Positions 11,201 through 23,292 of a DNA stretch of 64,000 nucleotides are shown piece after piece. Below the pieces are notes generated by a model. That model saw only the letters and a program-made list of their open reading frames with translations. It searched no databases and was not told where the DNA came from. The DNA lies in assembly GCA_047495785.1 (NCBI GenBank), contig JBLDXI010000011.1, positions 992,001-1,056,000 of the forward strand. Reading direction: 5' to 3'. Source of the DNA: Lepidodermella squamata. Taxonomy: Eukaryota > Animalia > Gastrotricha. Both the position numbers and the translations under genes were made by a program. Each line of letters begins with the position of its first letter. Position 1 is the first letter of the stretch.

Positions 11201-12252
11201 ATGCGGTATAGCACAATACGCCGACGACATTACAATTTTTTACGGATCGAAGAACATCAACGAACTCCACTCAGTTCTGCAACTGGAACTTGACAGGGTA
11301 TGCGCATGGCTAAAACAGAACAGCCTCGCAGTAAATGGGAAAAAATCGCAATTCATGCTTCTCAAACCACACCTCTCGACAGCGCCCGATTTCAAGGTCA
11401 CAATCGGAGGAGTTGCGATAAAGCCGTCAGAAATCATGGATACCCTTGGTTTCAAAATTGACAACAAGCTACAATTCGATGAGCACGTCGAGATGGCCAA
11501 AGGCAAAGCCCGAAAAGGCCTGTTTGCTCTCAAACAAGCTGTCAACGCTGGAATCGATCGCAAAACTGCTGTTATGATGACAAATGGCCTCGTCGTCAGC
11601 CATCTGAATTATGGCGACCTCACCCTCGGACAGGCCTCAAAATCGACTCGCGACAAACTGCAATCGTCGCAGGATCGAGCTATCAAAATCATATACGGCG
11701 CTCATCCATTGGCGGATCCGGCCCCGCTGCGGCATCGACTTGGGTGGCTAACAGTCGGCCAGAAGCATGCGATGCACCTATGTACATTCATGTGGAAGAG
11801 CCTGAACAAGATGGCGCCGGATGAATTCACGTTGATGTTTAAGCTGAACGATCGCAGCCACGGCTACAGCTGCCGTAATTTCGAACCCATGTTAAAACCG
11901 ACCTACACATCCGAGCGAGGCCAACTAAGCATGTCGTACCGTGGCCCGCACTTGTGGAATCAAATGCCTTCGAGCGTTCACGAAGCGGAGTCAGCGAAGG
12001 CGTGTCGCCAAGCGGCTTATCTACACTACTACAACATTAATGCCGCTCTGCTCTGATTGTTGAATATTCATATATTTTCATATTTTTCATGTTATGTTGA
12101 TCATTGCATTGATTTCGATAGTGATCCCGATCAGTCTACTATTTATGCTATTTCGATTTTCAATTTTGTTGTTGTCTTTACTTTTCTATTGATCACTTGT
12201 CTGAGCTGTCCTCTTCTGGGCGTTATGGCTCTTTAAATAAATAAATAAAATA
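8276..12252 (+). mobile_element. LINE B (same group as LINE A, divergent family), probably full length
   Basis: Intact ORF, 3' stem-loop, (TAAA)n tail at 12234-12252; possible TSD TAACT (8271-8275 / 12251-12255). Confidence 0.85.
8652..12056 (+). CDS. Signal-peptide leader + 2A-like NPGP + APE + RT (first ATG at 8652)
   Basis: Hydrophobic N-terminus LALVTTLSFLLAFLSVVTSSA; LLISGLSPNPG/P ends at 9188; APE GDFN/SDH; RT GVPQGSVLGP and YADD. Confidence 0.93.
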   Translation: MRQLPSNPNRLALVTTLSFLLAFLSVVTSSAVIPPPSVQTGLEVALVSETAASQNPGQTDNFEFLNFISVMTPFVNNTEAKHVPLMKIILLLERMHQLEICCPISVLPSNGVLRYGVTSNSGPSATTIHDGRTTETLTQEWLSIFFCFAARDPFRQVTRQRGFILLMLLISGLSPNPGPTQPAQLVPPTMDHQELVGSRFAPNLHCFVQANLNGLLTKDKLPNLAEFAEVVRPTAIFLGEVKVLDGCMPKYVDDAFAENFSVPEDPYFGYECFWKGRAHSGGGGVGLLVYKTHAVVVERSLSSKVFENYQCVVTLPSGKILSMTSIYRRPKGSSDEFNNNDADDLEEFLLLCKDITADYHIIGGDFNWNLRDVNVASAMTKVFADFDLRPAYTQLVTRPASEKCLDHFWTNIPQAEIAQTGTIMGLSDHYATSLVLDNDGEEKSKPPTNSKFRDYNSVDTERLNQLLQEKLATVNESDDCETLWSQIKLRLLAVMDEVAPLIDKEQAKKRNRQAKKKHFDPTLTRRQRQRQRRKARRAGYRRRVKEAGNDPRKLWRIVKDFRPKPKNRNVWTQLSRDESLQKATNFNLFFSQAGKIVAESLGGCLNFARRKRSSTPFTFRPVSVTDVEKAIDKLSYKATTGFDGIPECIVKMAKPSIARHLTELFNLAIRDGVFISDWKTAIVTPLHKSGSKAEVGNFRPISITSPLARTFERCLATQLKYHLRAIKFLTPAQHGFRQYHSTDTCVASFTERWRHLLDKGNVVGAVSIDLSKAFDTLHHDGIIESLRSAGVTEKSIRLLINYSSNRRQTTKINGEASPFESIDCGVPQGSVLGPLMFTIYVNDLPLILRRCGIAQYADDITIFYGSKNINELHSVLQLELDRVCAWLKQNSLAVNGKKSQFMLLKPHLSTAPDFKVTIGGVAIKPSEIMDTLGFKIDNKLQFDEHVEMAKGKARKGLFALKQAVNAGIDRKTAVMMTNGLVVSHLNYGDLTLGQASKSTRDKLQSSQDRAIKIIYGAHPLADPAPLRHRLGWLTVGQKHAMHLCTFMWKSLNKMAPDEFTLMFKLNDRSHGYSCRNFEPMLKPTYTSERGQLSMSYRGPHLWNQMPSSVHEAESAKACRQAAYLHYYNINAALL

Positions 12253-12992
12253 ACTACCAAAGCTTCCACGTTTTGTTCGGCTTGTAATAAGCATGCCTTG
12301 AACATAAAGCCGCCCCAAAACCTGGCCGGTGGACGATTGGTAAGTGTCTTATGTCCTAATAATATGACATATTATGTCCCCGCTCAAGCATTAGAGGCTA
12401 TTGCTTTTACGGCTATTGCTTTACTACTCAGATAGCCAAAGTGTCCCAATAAATCGTCCGCGCTGATACCCAGGTGATAGGTATTTTGGTTCAAATACCG
12501 GTTCAGGCGATGTTATACTGATACCAAATGAAGGAATAGAGGTGCGGCTAATAGGCATCATCATCACATTTGCGATTTTCGTATTTTAACGGGGCGACGT
12601 TTTATATTTCAAGGCGACTGATTATCAGTCAGGTGCAGCCTTTCGCCTTAAGGGGCGGATTAAGGTGGATTAGTGCAGCGATCTCGCAATGAGGGCGACT
12701 TTATTTATTTTTGGGCGACACAAATGGGGCGAACTTTTACCTTTTTGGGCGACAGGTTTTACCTCACCCGCCAAAAAAGGTCAAAAATCGTACAAATGAA
12801 AATATGAAAAGGCAAGTCCCCAAAAACAAAGTCCCCGCTGACATGACGGCAAAATTGAACTCAAGGTTTTTTTACATAATCTTTCGCGGGCGTACTGATT
12901 AATATAACGACATCCTAGTTCGTTCATGTAGCATCTGAACAGGTCATTTTCGATGAATTCAACAGAATCGAGAAATCGGAAATAAGCTGATA

Positions 12993-13120
12993 CCGGACTG
13001 CCCGAAAAAATGTCGGCCTCGAATAAATGGCAGCCTCAATTTAGTGTCAGGGGTTAGAGGTGATACGAAAAAATGAATTGAAAAAAATAAATGCCATGGT
13101 CTTTGTTCCGGGCAGTACGG
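12993..13120. mobile_element. Tc1/pogo-type MITE
   Basis: TA|CCGGACTGCCCG ... CGGGCAGTACGG|TA inverted termini with TA flanks. Confidence 0.65.
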
Positions 13121-14012
13121 TAGCTTGTTAGCGGAAACTTGGATCCAAATCTTGCTTTCAATTCTGCCATAAGGTGTGGCGTATTGACAACAAATATCAG
13201 CACTGACGATTCAATAGCACACTAATATTGGTCAATCAATCATTGAATCAGTCCATCAAATACCATTTATAATTCACTGATTCGGATAAGGACAAAAGAA
13301 TGACGTGATAAAAGAAATGTCTTTACGCTATTATAATGATATGCGTCCCGCTAGATCATTTGTCGCCGCCGTACGATGAGCATATAAGCTTTATACAAAC
13401 GCGTTCATTACACATGACCTATCGATTTAGCCCTATACTTTTACATTTATCCCACGGTTTTCACTGTACAGCCACTACTGTAATTAACCGTAGATTGCGG
13501 TACAGCAGCCCAGCTGTACATGTTATGTACAGTTATATGAGTTATTCGCCGTACATAAATGTACAGTGCACTCGACAGTACTAATAACTACGAACTTTGG
13601 CAGTACTCATCAGTGCAGTATGATTACAGTATGCCAATGTACGGCCGGGATTTACTGTACAAATACTACTGCTGTCTGCCGTACAAAAAAATACTGTCGA
13701 GATGCGCTGTAAAAATACAGTCAAAGAAGCTGTACATGACAGCACTGTAATCAGAAAAAAAACCAAAGTGCGAGTTCTTCCGCGACGTGAACGTATTGTG
13801 ACTAGTTAGTGAGTGCGTTAGCGGAAACACTTTTAAATTGCAATTACAACAATGGGCGCTACAAAAGTCACAATGTGTCCCAGAAGCCGAGGCTTTTTTG
13901 CAGTATTTCCGTTACGAGTGGCTTAACAACAAATGGCAAAATACTTCAAACGTCAAACGCGTCAAACGCGTCAAAAGCGCTATTGTTTAAACTTCGGGCG
14001 CGCCTTGTGAAA

Positions 14013-14447
14013 GGAAATCTTGTAGTGCGGCCTGGCACGCGATCAACGTCATTCATTAGAACTTTCTAGTAGCCTCACAGTCGCGTGCCAGGAAACCCTT
14101 CCCGCCAAACTCACCATTTATAAGCAACCGTTTTACGTCTACTATTTGGCTCAATAAACAGCTAATTCATAAATACGCCTTTTTTTATTACTACATACTA
14201 CAATCTAAACGTTGGACAACGTCGGATGCTCGTCGGACGCATTTGTGAAAGCACCATGAAAACACGTGGCAGCGGCACGTGGTGCATGAGCTCAACGTGG
14301 CACTTTTTCTGCGATTTCGTTTATTATCAGCATGTATCATTTTATTTCGTGAATTATAAAATGGGTTTGCTCAGAGAGTATGTTAGTGATGAAGAAGAGA
14401 ATGAGGAGCAGTTATTGCAAGACCTCTCTGGTGTAAACGATGTAAAC
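14013..14447 (+). repeat. 435-bp direct repeat (8 bp flank + LTR + 245 bp flank); second copy at 19675-20109
   Basis: Direct sequence identity at an offset of 5662 bp. Confidence 0.92.
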
Positions 14448-14609
14448 CATTTATAAGCAACCGTTTTACGTCTACTATTTGGCTCAATAAACAGCTAATT
14501 CATAAATACGCCTTTTGTATTACCACTACATTTTGGTGGCCACTGGCCTGAACTCCGCTTCTATTTTTTTACTCTTGTTGTTTCTTGTTGTTGCTTTTTC
14601 TCACCTCCG

Positions 14610-15947
14610 ATGGTTACCCGTCGCGTTGCCGCTGGTAGGGGTAGGGGGCGCCGTGCCCCAGTTGTCGTGGCTGCTCCCGTTGACCCTGATGCCGTTGTGG
14701 CCCCGGTCGCCGCTGGCCCACCGCCGCCGCCCGTTCGCCGCGGTCGCCGTGCCGCCGCTGCTGCTGCTGGTCTGGCTGCTGGGCACCCGCCTGTTGCTGC
14801 GGACCCGCTTGAGGCTGGCGTCGTTGCTGTTGTTGAGCCCCTGGCCGCGCCTGTTGCCGCTGCTGCGGCCGCGCCGGTCCGCCTGCGGAAGCCGCCGAAG
14901 TTCCAGCCCGGCACTGATCTGAAGTTGTACTTCGACCAATTTCGATGCTGGGCGACCTCCGTCTATGATGATGCGCCGATGATGCTCGCAAGATCGACGA
15001 ACTCTTGACAGCTGTTGATCCGCCGACCTTCCGAGTCCTCGATTCTATTTACCGGCATGAGCATGCCATCACTCTCCGTCGTCTCTGCCATCAGGCCCTG
15101 ATGGATCTGGGCCTTGTCCGTCAAGCTGCCATCGAGCGCGCCCACTTTCGTCGCATGGTTCAGCAACCTGGTCAATCAATCCCAGCCTACGTCATGGCGC
15201 TTGAGGAGAAGGCTGAGCTGGCATTCCCCGATCAGACCAGTCCTGTTCGTCGCCAGCATGTTCTGGAGCAGTTCCTCGACGGCCTGTCAGACGGAACAGT
15301 TCGTGTGCAGTTGCACCGTCAGCGACCTGCCTCGTTGCCTGAGGCCGTGACAATTGCCCGTCACGAAACTGACGCTCTCGCCGCTGCCGCCTTGGGGCCG
15401 AGCCAAGCCGTCCTACCCGTGCTCGCTGCCGCGCCTGTCGTTACGCCCGTTGTTGCCCCGACACCGGTCACTGTTGCCGCTCCGCCTGCGTCGTCTTCGA
15501 CTTCGACGGCTACCCTGGTCCCGACGGCTTCGACGACGTCTGTCGCTGCACCGCCGGTTGCTAATGGCGAGTCCCATCAACAAGTCCGCGCCTTTGGCCA
15601 CGGCCGCAACGGTCGAGGCCAGGGTTCCCGGGGTCGTCGCGGTATGGCACCCGCGTACGGCTCCCGGGGCAGGTATGTGCCTTGTAGCCATTCGTGTTGC
15701 CATCATAATAACGATTATTCTTCTCACGCGCCACGCAACGGCTATCAACCGCCTGATCACGCCGCCCACGATTCAGCCGCGCCCAATCGCCGATCCGACC
15801 CGCAACGAGGCGGCCTGTCCCGGCTCCCGGTACAACTACGGTGTCGATCGATCTGGTCGCCGGCCCGACTACCATGCTTGCTACCGATGTGGACTCACTG
15901 GTCACTACGCCCGCAGCTGCCCAAATGGGGGCGGCTGGCGGCAATGA
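14610..15947 (+). CDS. gag: Gypsy gag (two apparent 1-bp frameshifts, near 14980 and 15820)
   Basis: KPPKFQPG, MHR-like QQPGQSIPAYVMALEEKA, QFLDGL and CCHC knuckle CYRCGLTGHYARSC. Confidence 0.8.
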
Positions 15948-18900
15948 CGCCCCTGCCCCAGCCGATCGAGTTCCTGGGGGCGAAGGCAGTCGATGGGCCC
16001 TCAACATTGGCACGCCAGCTTTACGACTGCCGCGTCAAGATCACCATCGCTGGCGTCCCGTTCCTTGCTCTTATTGATACCGGTGCCACCACTTCGACAG
16101 TTTCTTCCCAACTTATCGACTCGTTACACTTGTCCAGTTCGCCATCTCAGTCACCTTTCATCGCCACCGTCGACGGCTCCGTCGTCCCTGTAAACGGTAA
16201 GGTCAATTTAACTTTCAATATTGCTGGCTTACCGTTTACACACGACTTTCTTTCTGTTTCCGAATTTTCGCCTGACGTCATTCTTGGTTACGACTTCCTC
16301 GCGCGCCACTCCGTGCTGATTGACTGCCAGCACCAATGCCTGTATCTGGAAGGCCGCTGCGCTCCGATTATTCAGCCTGCCCCACGCCGGTCACGACCAC
16401 TGTTCGAACTTGCCGAGAAGTTACGCGCCGCTTCTTTCCAGGCCGTTCACTCTGATCTTACGCCCGATCAGGCCACATCACGCGATCAGCTCCTCGCCGA
16501 TTTCGCCGACTTGTTTGACGGCACGATTGGTCGCACGAACCTGGTTGCTCATCGGATCGAAACTGGTAACGCAGCACCAGTGAAGGCCTATCGCCGCCAT
16601 TTCAGCCCGCTCGAGCTGGCCGAGATCAACCGCCAGATTGACGAGATGCTAGCCGCTGGCATTATCGAGCCGAGTAACAGCGCCTGGTCGTCTCAGATCT
16701 GCCTCACCGACAAGGCTGATGGCACCAAGCGCTTCGCCATCGACTACCGCTGGCTCAACGCCGTCACCAAGAAGGATGTCAACCCGTTGCCGTTGCAGTC
16801 GGAGATATTCGACTTCTTCGCCGGATGCAACTTCTACTCGGTCATCGACCTGAAGTCGGGCTACTGGCAGTGTCCGGTCGCCGATGAAGACCGTCCGAAG
16901 ACAGCGTTCACGTCACATCGAGGCCTGTTCCAGTTCCGTATGCTCCCATTTGGCCTGTGCAACGCCCCGGCGACTTTCCAGCGTCTAATGGAGCAGGTCA
17001 TCGGCCCGGATTTGCTCTACCGGAACGTCATCGCCTACCTGGACGATGTCATTATCTTCGCGAGGACTTTCGACGAACATGTTCAGGTCCTTCGCGGAGT
17101 TTTGAATCGTCTCAGGAAATCTGGTCTGAAATTACACCCTAAGAAGACTAATCTGTTTTGCTCCTCTGTCCGCTTTTAGGGCGCATTCTAGGCCGTAGTG
17201 GCGCTGTTTCCGCCGATCCTGTCAAGGTTTCGGCTATCGTCAACTTCCCGCCGCCGATGGACGCCTCCGAGTTTCGCCGCTTCTACGGCATGGCCAGCTA
17301 CTTGCGGTCCTTCGTGCCGCACTTCGCCGCGATCTCGAACGACCTCACCGAGCTGCTGAACGCGGACGTGTTCCAGTGGAACGATCGACACCAGGCGAGT
17401 TTCACGGCTCTGAAGAAAGCGATCGCCGCCGAAACGGTGTTGCAGAGCCCACGTTTCGACCGCCCGTTCCGCATCTCGGCTGACGCGTCCGATTTCGCTC
17501 TTGGCGCCATGTTGTCACAACTCGACGACGACGGCAACGACTGCCCTGTAGCCTTCGCTAGCCGCAAGATGACGCCCGCTGAGACTCGGTACCCGACAAC
17601 CGAGAAGGAATGCCTCGCATTGGTCTGGGCAACTCAGCAGTGGCGTTCCTACATCTGCGGCCAGCATGTGGCGTTGCTATCGGACCACAAGCCGCTCTCT
17701 TTCCTTCAAACAGTGCGTGAACCGTCGCGAAGACTGCAAAGGTGGATCATCTGGTTAAGCCAATTCAACTTCGCTATCGAGTATGTCCCTGGGAAACTGC
17801 AGCTCGTCGCCGACGCCCTTTCTCGTGCGCCGACCTCCTCGCCCTGCGACGATGTGATTGACGAGTACGCCTTTCCGCCGATCGTTCGCGCCATTGACCT
17901 CACCGCCGAGTACAAGTTGGAGGTCGAGACTGTGCGCCAGCTTCAACTCGATGACCCCGTCATGGGACCTACGCTGCGCGCTTTGGCCGCCGATCCGCAT
18001 CGCCGACCGCGAATTACCGGCTGCACTCGACGATCACGGGCCTTCAGCAACAGTTGGCACCGCATCGTCGAGCTCAACGGTATATTTTATTTCATTGTTG
18101 GCGGAAAAAGATTGCTGTTGCTTCCCGGAGCATTACGCTCCGAGATTCTATTTGTTTTGCATAGCTCACCGACCGCCGGCCACCTTGGGATCAAGACTAC
18201 GACAGACCGCGTTCGTGCCGCCTTCTACTGGCCAGGTATGGGTGACGACATCCGCCGATTCTGTCTGGCATGCGAGCCGTGTTGTCGCGCCAAAGCGTCG
18301 AACCGCAAGACCACCGCGCCGCTTCAACGAGTCACGGCGAGCTACCCTTTCGAAGTCGTGGCAATGGATATTCTGAAGTTACCGCCGACCAACCGAGGAT
18401 ACAACGCCGTCCTCGTTGTGACCGACCTTTTCACGAAATGGGCTGAGGTTTACCCGCTTCGCGATCAGTCTGCCGCCTCTGTCGCTCCACGCATCGTCGA
18501 CTTCGTCTGTCGCTACGGCATCCCGTCGAGCTTGCTGACTGACCAGGGCGGGCAATTCGAATCCGAGCTGACCAGCCGGCTGTACCAGAACCTGGCGCTG
18601 AAGAAGATAAGGACCGCGGGTTATCATCCCAAAACAGATGGGTTTTGCGAGCGTTTTAACCGAATTTTGTTAACTATGTTACGATGTTTCGCAGATGCGG
18701 AGTCGAACTGGGACCTCTACCTGTCGCCGTTGTTGTTTGCCTACAGGTCCGCTACTCAGGCGTCCACTGGTTTCTCGCCCTACGAGATGCTGTACGGTCG
18801 GTTGCCCGTCCTGCCTGGTCATCTGCTCGTCGGCGAGGTCGTCTTCACGCGGCTACGCCACAGGCCGCACGTTTCCGCGTTACGGAGGTTGTTGCGTCAA

Positions 18901-19566
18901 GTTTGGGACGAGGCCGCAGCCAATATGGATGAAGCCCACCGCCGCGAGAAAGCGTACTACGACCGATTCACTGCTACGTCTCGCTTCGAAGTCGGCGACC
19001 TTGTCTGGCTGAAATCGCCACCGCGTCGCCCGAAACTTTCACCTCGCTTCACTGGGCCATACACCGTTGTCGATTGCCTACCGAACGGCGTCAATTACCG
19101 AATTCGGCGATCCGACTCAGACCCCCCGTTTGTTGTCAATGTCGACCGGTTGAAACCCGCCGCCCAGATTGAAGAGTGGATGCTGCCGCCTGCTCCGTCT
19201 GCTGCGCCGGAACAGCCATCCGCCTCCGCCCAGGCGCCAGCGATCCAGCCGCCGGACACACCGCAAAAACCACAACGCCCTGCTCGTGAACGCCGCGAAC
19301 CCGACCGGTACGGCACCGTTGTCCCTTCAAGCCAAATCGAGGCTCCGCCGTCGCCATCGACGTTGAGTTCGGCGTCAGACGCGACCTGGTCACCAAAGGT
19401 TCGCCGCGTCCTCGACAACAGTTCTCAACTCTTCAACCGCCTCTCTGAAGCATTCCAGCGCCCTTCGCCAGAATCTACTATTTTTATTTTTATTCTCGCT
19501 TTTTCAATTGTTTTATTTTTCTGTCTATGTTTTATGGTCCTGGCGTTTTTAGCTGTGGTATTTTAA
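15920..19566 (+). CDS. pol: Gypsy pol: protease-RT-RNase H-integrase (one frameshift near 17175)
   Basis: ALIDTGA, YLDD, DASDFALG, HHCC zinc motif, D..D35E, GPY/F module RFTGPY. Confidence 0.9.
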
Positions 19567-21866
19567 GCCGATGTAACCTTCTCACTCGTTTGTTGTTTGC
19601 TGCTTAAAAATTCTGTTTAAATACCATTTTGTTGTTTGCTTTAATATTTGTAACTGCCTATTCTTTTAAAAGGGGGAAATCTTGTAGTGCGGCCTGGCAC
19701 GCGATCAACGTCATTCATTAGAACTTTCTAGTAGCCTCACAGTCGCGTGCCAGGAAACCCTTCCCGCCAAACTCACCATTTATAAGCAACCGTTTTACGT
19801 CTACTATTTGGCTCAATAAACAGCTAATTCATAAATACGCCTTTTTTTATTACTACATACTACAATCTAAACGTTGGACAACGTCGGATGCTCGTCGGAC
19901 GCATTTGTGAAAGCACCATGAAAACACGTGGCAGCGGCACGTGGTGCATGAGCTCAACGTGGCACTTTTTCTGCGATTTCGTTTATTATCAGCATGTATC
20001 ATTTTATTTCGTGAATTATAAAATGGGTTTGCTCAGAGAGTATGTTAGTGATGAAGAAGAGAATGAGGAGCAGTTATTGCAAGACCTCTCTGGTGTAAAC
20101 GATGTAAACGATGACCAAATCGTTGATCCTGAAAATGATGAGCCCGCGTCAACGACGAGAAAACGAGATCACAGGCAAGTTTTGTCGCTGATTGGTATCG
20201 CCCAGGGCATGGTTTAGGCGAAGAACGTGCTTTCGGTCATGGCAAGTCGCCGTGGTTCTAAGCTGTATTCGCTCAGACGTTCTGCTCAAAAGTGAGGCAA
20301 GCGAGCAAAGCGATCACCCAACCTATCTCTACAGCAACTAGAAAATGCCTACAAAACTTATGTCGTCGTCGGCGCGTCAAAATCCCACTCGCGATCCTGA
20401 ACTTCATTCGCGAAATTCTTGCTTATAATAATTCCGAATCAAATGAAAAATATTCAGAAATGATTAAAATAAAATAATGAAATTTTTAAATATATGTTTT
20501 TTCATTTAATTGACCTTCACATTATTTTTGCGGGGTTTGCAGCCCGACGGTTTTTGGCGGTTTGGCGGTTTGGCGGTTTTCGGCATAAACCTTAACCTGT
20601 CCGCTGTTCGCTGTTGTTAGAAGTTGTTGCTGTTACCTTCTTGAGCATTTTGCTACGACATGACAGTCACTTAAAGACCAGATAAGCTATCTCGTAGTGA
20701 AAATTGCTGTTTCCAGTTACTGATTACTAACATCTTGCTTTGGCCGATGGATGGAAGCAGCATTTTGATAGCGCTTGGTTCAGATATCGTTCATCTCGCT
20801 TGATCAATACTGAAGTGCTTTTTGTGCAAGTAGCTACGTGTCAGCGATTATACTAAACGCTTGTTTCTCAGCCTGGGAATGTCTTCAATTGCTGGTATCA
20901 CTAATATCGGCTTTTGCGCCCAAGCTTGGCCATCAGCATTATCACCATTGTCATTGTTTAATTGGTTTTGCTTCAATAAAGGCAAACCAGCTTGCAGAAG
21001 TCTGAGCTAGGAAGTGTTAATGGCTGCGGGCATTTTGTTTTTCATCTAGCAAAGCCAGGGTGATAGACTGCTGCTATTAGAAACTTGAATACTCAATTAA
21101 CCTGTATGGCATCTATCATGCGTTTCAACTTGATTCTTTCAATGTTCTGTAATACTGCTTCTCTATTAACCTTCTCAATGACCAGAGTCAACTATCAACT
21201 ATCAACAGTTAGTGATAGTTGAATGTCATTTGAACTCAATCTAAAACCAGGTTTAACTGATCAAAATCTTGTTTTGCTTGGAAGAAGACTTGATCTCACT
21301 TAGATCCACAAAGATTGGTGCGCATTGTTGTCTTTCTTGATGAACAATGACTTACTCGCGAGACTTATTGCCATCAACCGGAATGGAATCTGCATCGTAA
21401 TGATTGAAGAGTATGGATTTTCAATGGGGTCCTGTTGCCTTGTCCCTAAACCCTGCTCCTTGCGTTGATTAAATCATTTTTATTAATATTGAAAATCAAA
21501 TATTTAGATGAACGCGTTTAAACCACTGTGTTTAATTGTTTTATTCTTCGGCGCCGTCTCGGCGGCCGTGTTTTGTATTGATAAAACAGGTTATTTCATT
21601 CCGTTACTTCTCCACAAATGTTAATCTATATCGGTTTTTAGAGGAGAACCTGGCCGCCTGTGCTGTGGGCGAGGGCCCTTGTGGGCCTTGGTGCCTAACT
21701 GCTTCTGCAACCACTTCACCTAGTGCAACTACTGCTGCAACCACTGTACGTAGTGAAACTACTTCTGCAACGCATTAATTCACGGGATTCGCCGGATTCA
21801 GTATGTTTACTTTCTTAACGGTCGAATTCGAATTTATTTGGAATGTATCAATTATAGAGATCCGAC

Positions 21867-22501
21867 ATGATTTGGTCGATTTGCTCGAGCTCCTCCTGAC
21901 CGCCGTCTCCCTGTTAATTTTTGGATTCGCAATTGTCATCGGCGCCATCACCGGCGTAAAAGCCTGGTGGGACGGGCGGCGAGCGGCGGGCCAGCTCGTT
22001 GCCGCCGCAACTTCGGGAGCACTGCAGGCAGTCGAAGCGGTGCAACCACTCATCGACCGAATCTCTATTCCTGTCGAGGCGATCGCTGCCATGCAGCCCC
22101 AGCTGGAGCGTGTGCTATCTACGCAGCCGAAGTTGAACAAAGAGCTCTCCAATCTCCTGCTAAGCCAAGTCAACCACGGCGGCAGTACGCCCCACCTCCG
22201 TGGGCGAACGGAAGTCGTATCAGTCCCGCTACTTGGCCAATCCCGCTCTTCTAGAAGCGGCTGGAAAATAGTAAGCTTTATTGCCTAGTTTTTATCGCAT
22301 GTTTGCATGTGCATGTCATTTTCAAGTCGAACACTTCGCAAACTGTTCGCTGAAGAAATACGAAAATTGAAAATACGAATTACGAAGATGAGAGATCCAA
22401 AGATGAGAGTGAAAGATCCAAAGAAGATTGATTCGATTGATCCAAAGACGTTTGATTCGAAGAAGATTGATTTGAAGAATGAAAGATTTTCAAGACGATG
22501 A
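21867..22501 (+). pseudogene. Small membrane protein (N-terminal TM, helical middle, DPK repeats), frameshifted
   Basis: TM LLLTAVSLLIFGFAIVIGAITGV; candidate intron GTAAGC..TTTTCAAG (22271-22326); C-terminal DPKxx repeats. Needs two 1-bp corrections. Confidence 0.4.
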
Positions 22502-23292
22502 AATGATGCACCAAACTAATGCTGTTTTCTCTTTATAGGTTTCTTGACTACTTATTCTGAAAGTAAGTATTTGAAATTTAATTGATGCAGCCAGGCATGG
22601 TTGAAGCTTTGTCGATGCAGCCAGGGAAGTTTTTAACATCAGCGCTTGTGTACTAATGCTGGGTTTTTTTAATTTTAATCACGTGCAGTTGTAGAAATTA
22701 ATTGTCGTTTTAGATGATATTATTTTACTTATTTTTTCTATAACGCTGAGGCGAATAATCTGGATTTACTCATCGGATTCGGCGCATTGATTGCGGTTGC
22801 TTTGTGTTGCTTGAAGGGTGTAAATTTCTGGATCAGGCTGATAAATTAGTATTCGGATTTATTTGGAGTGTATCAATTATATACATCCGAAACGAGCCCC
22901 AATATCGGTGCAACACAGTGGTTCGTTGTCTATTAATCTGATAGCGAGGCGATGTAACGTATTGCCGTTTTTTAGAAACAAATTTCTGATTGTCTTGCAC
23001 GAGAGCCAGTGGTACCCGCGAGAAAGGGCGATGAAACGCGCTGCTCAACCGATCTAGTATGCCGGGGTTCACTCCGGATTTCACTGTTTCAACTGATCTC
23101 ATTCATGGTAATCTGCCGTGATTACAATTTTCTGATTACAATTGTAACATTTTTTGTTCGCCTAGATCATCAAAGCCACGTTGGGCAACTGCTTGGTTAC
23201 GGGACAACTGGAATTTTATGACCTATCGTACTTCTTCTCATTGATTTTAAGCTGTTATTTACAATGAAAACAACGGAAGTGATCAAATAAAG

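Larger units (their letters stand above)
14021..19864 (+). mobile_element. Ty3/Gypsy LTR retrotransposon with 182-bp LTRs and a rearranged 5' end
   Basis: TGTAGT...ACTACA LTRs at 14021-14202 and 19683-19864; extra partial LTR at 14446-14530 followed by a PBS-like TGGTGGCC; PPT AAAAGGGGGAAA at 19668-19679. Confidence 0.92.

Noticed and set aside
13450-13770. TACAG/CTGTA-rich quasi-palindrome
   Set aside because: Probably an old MITE, but no definable TIR pair or TSD.
14515-19418. Many overlapping GC-rich ORFs in Gypsy (likewise 39.1-41.1 kb and 50.5-52.4 kb)
   Set aside because: Shadow frames of GC-rich TE coding sequence with no independent motifs.
20600-21480. Possible decayed hAT transposase
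   Set aside because: Coding-like, but I could not recover a convincing motif in any frame.
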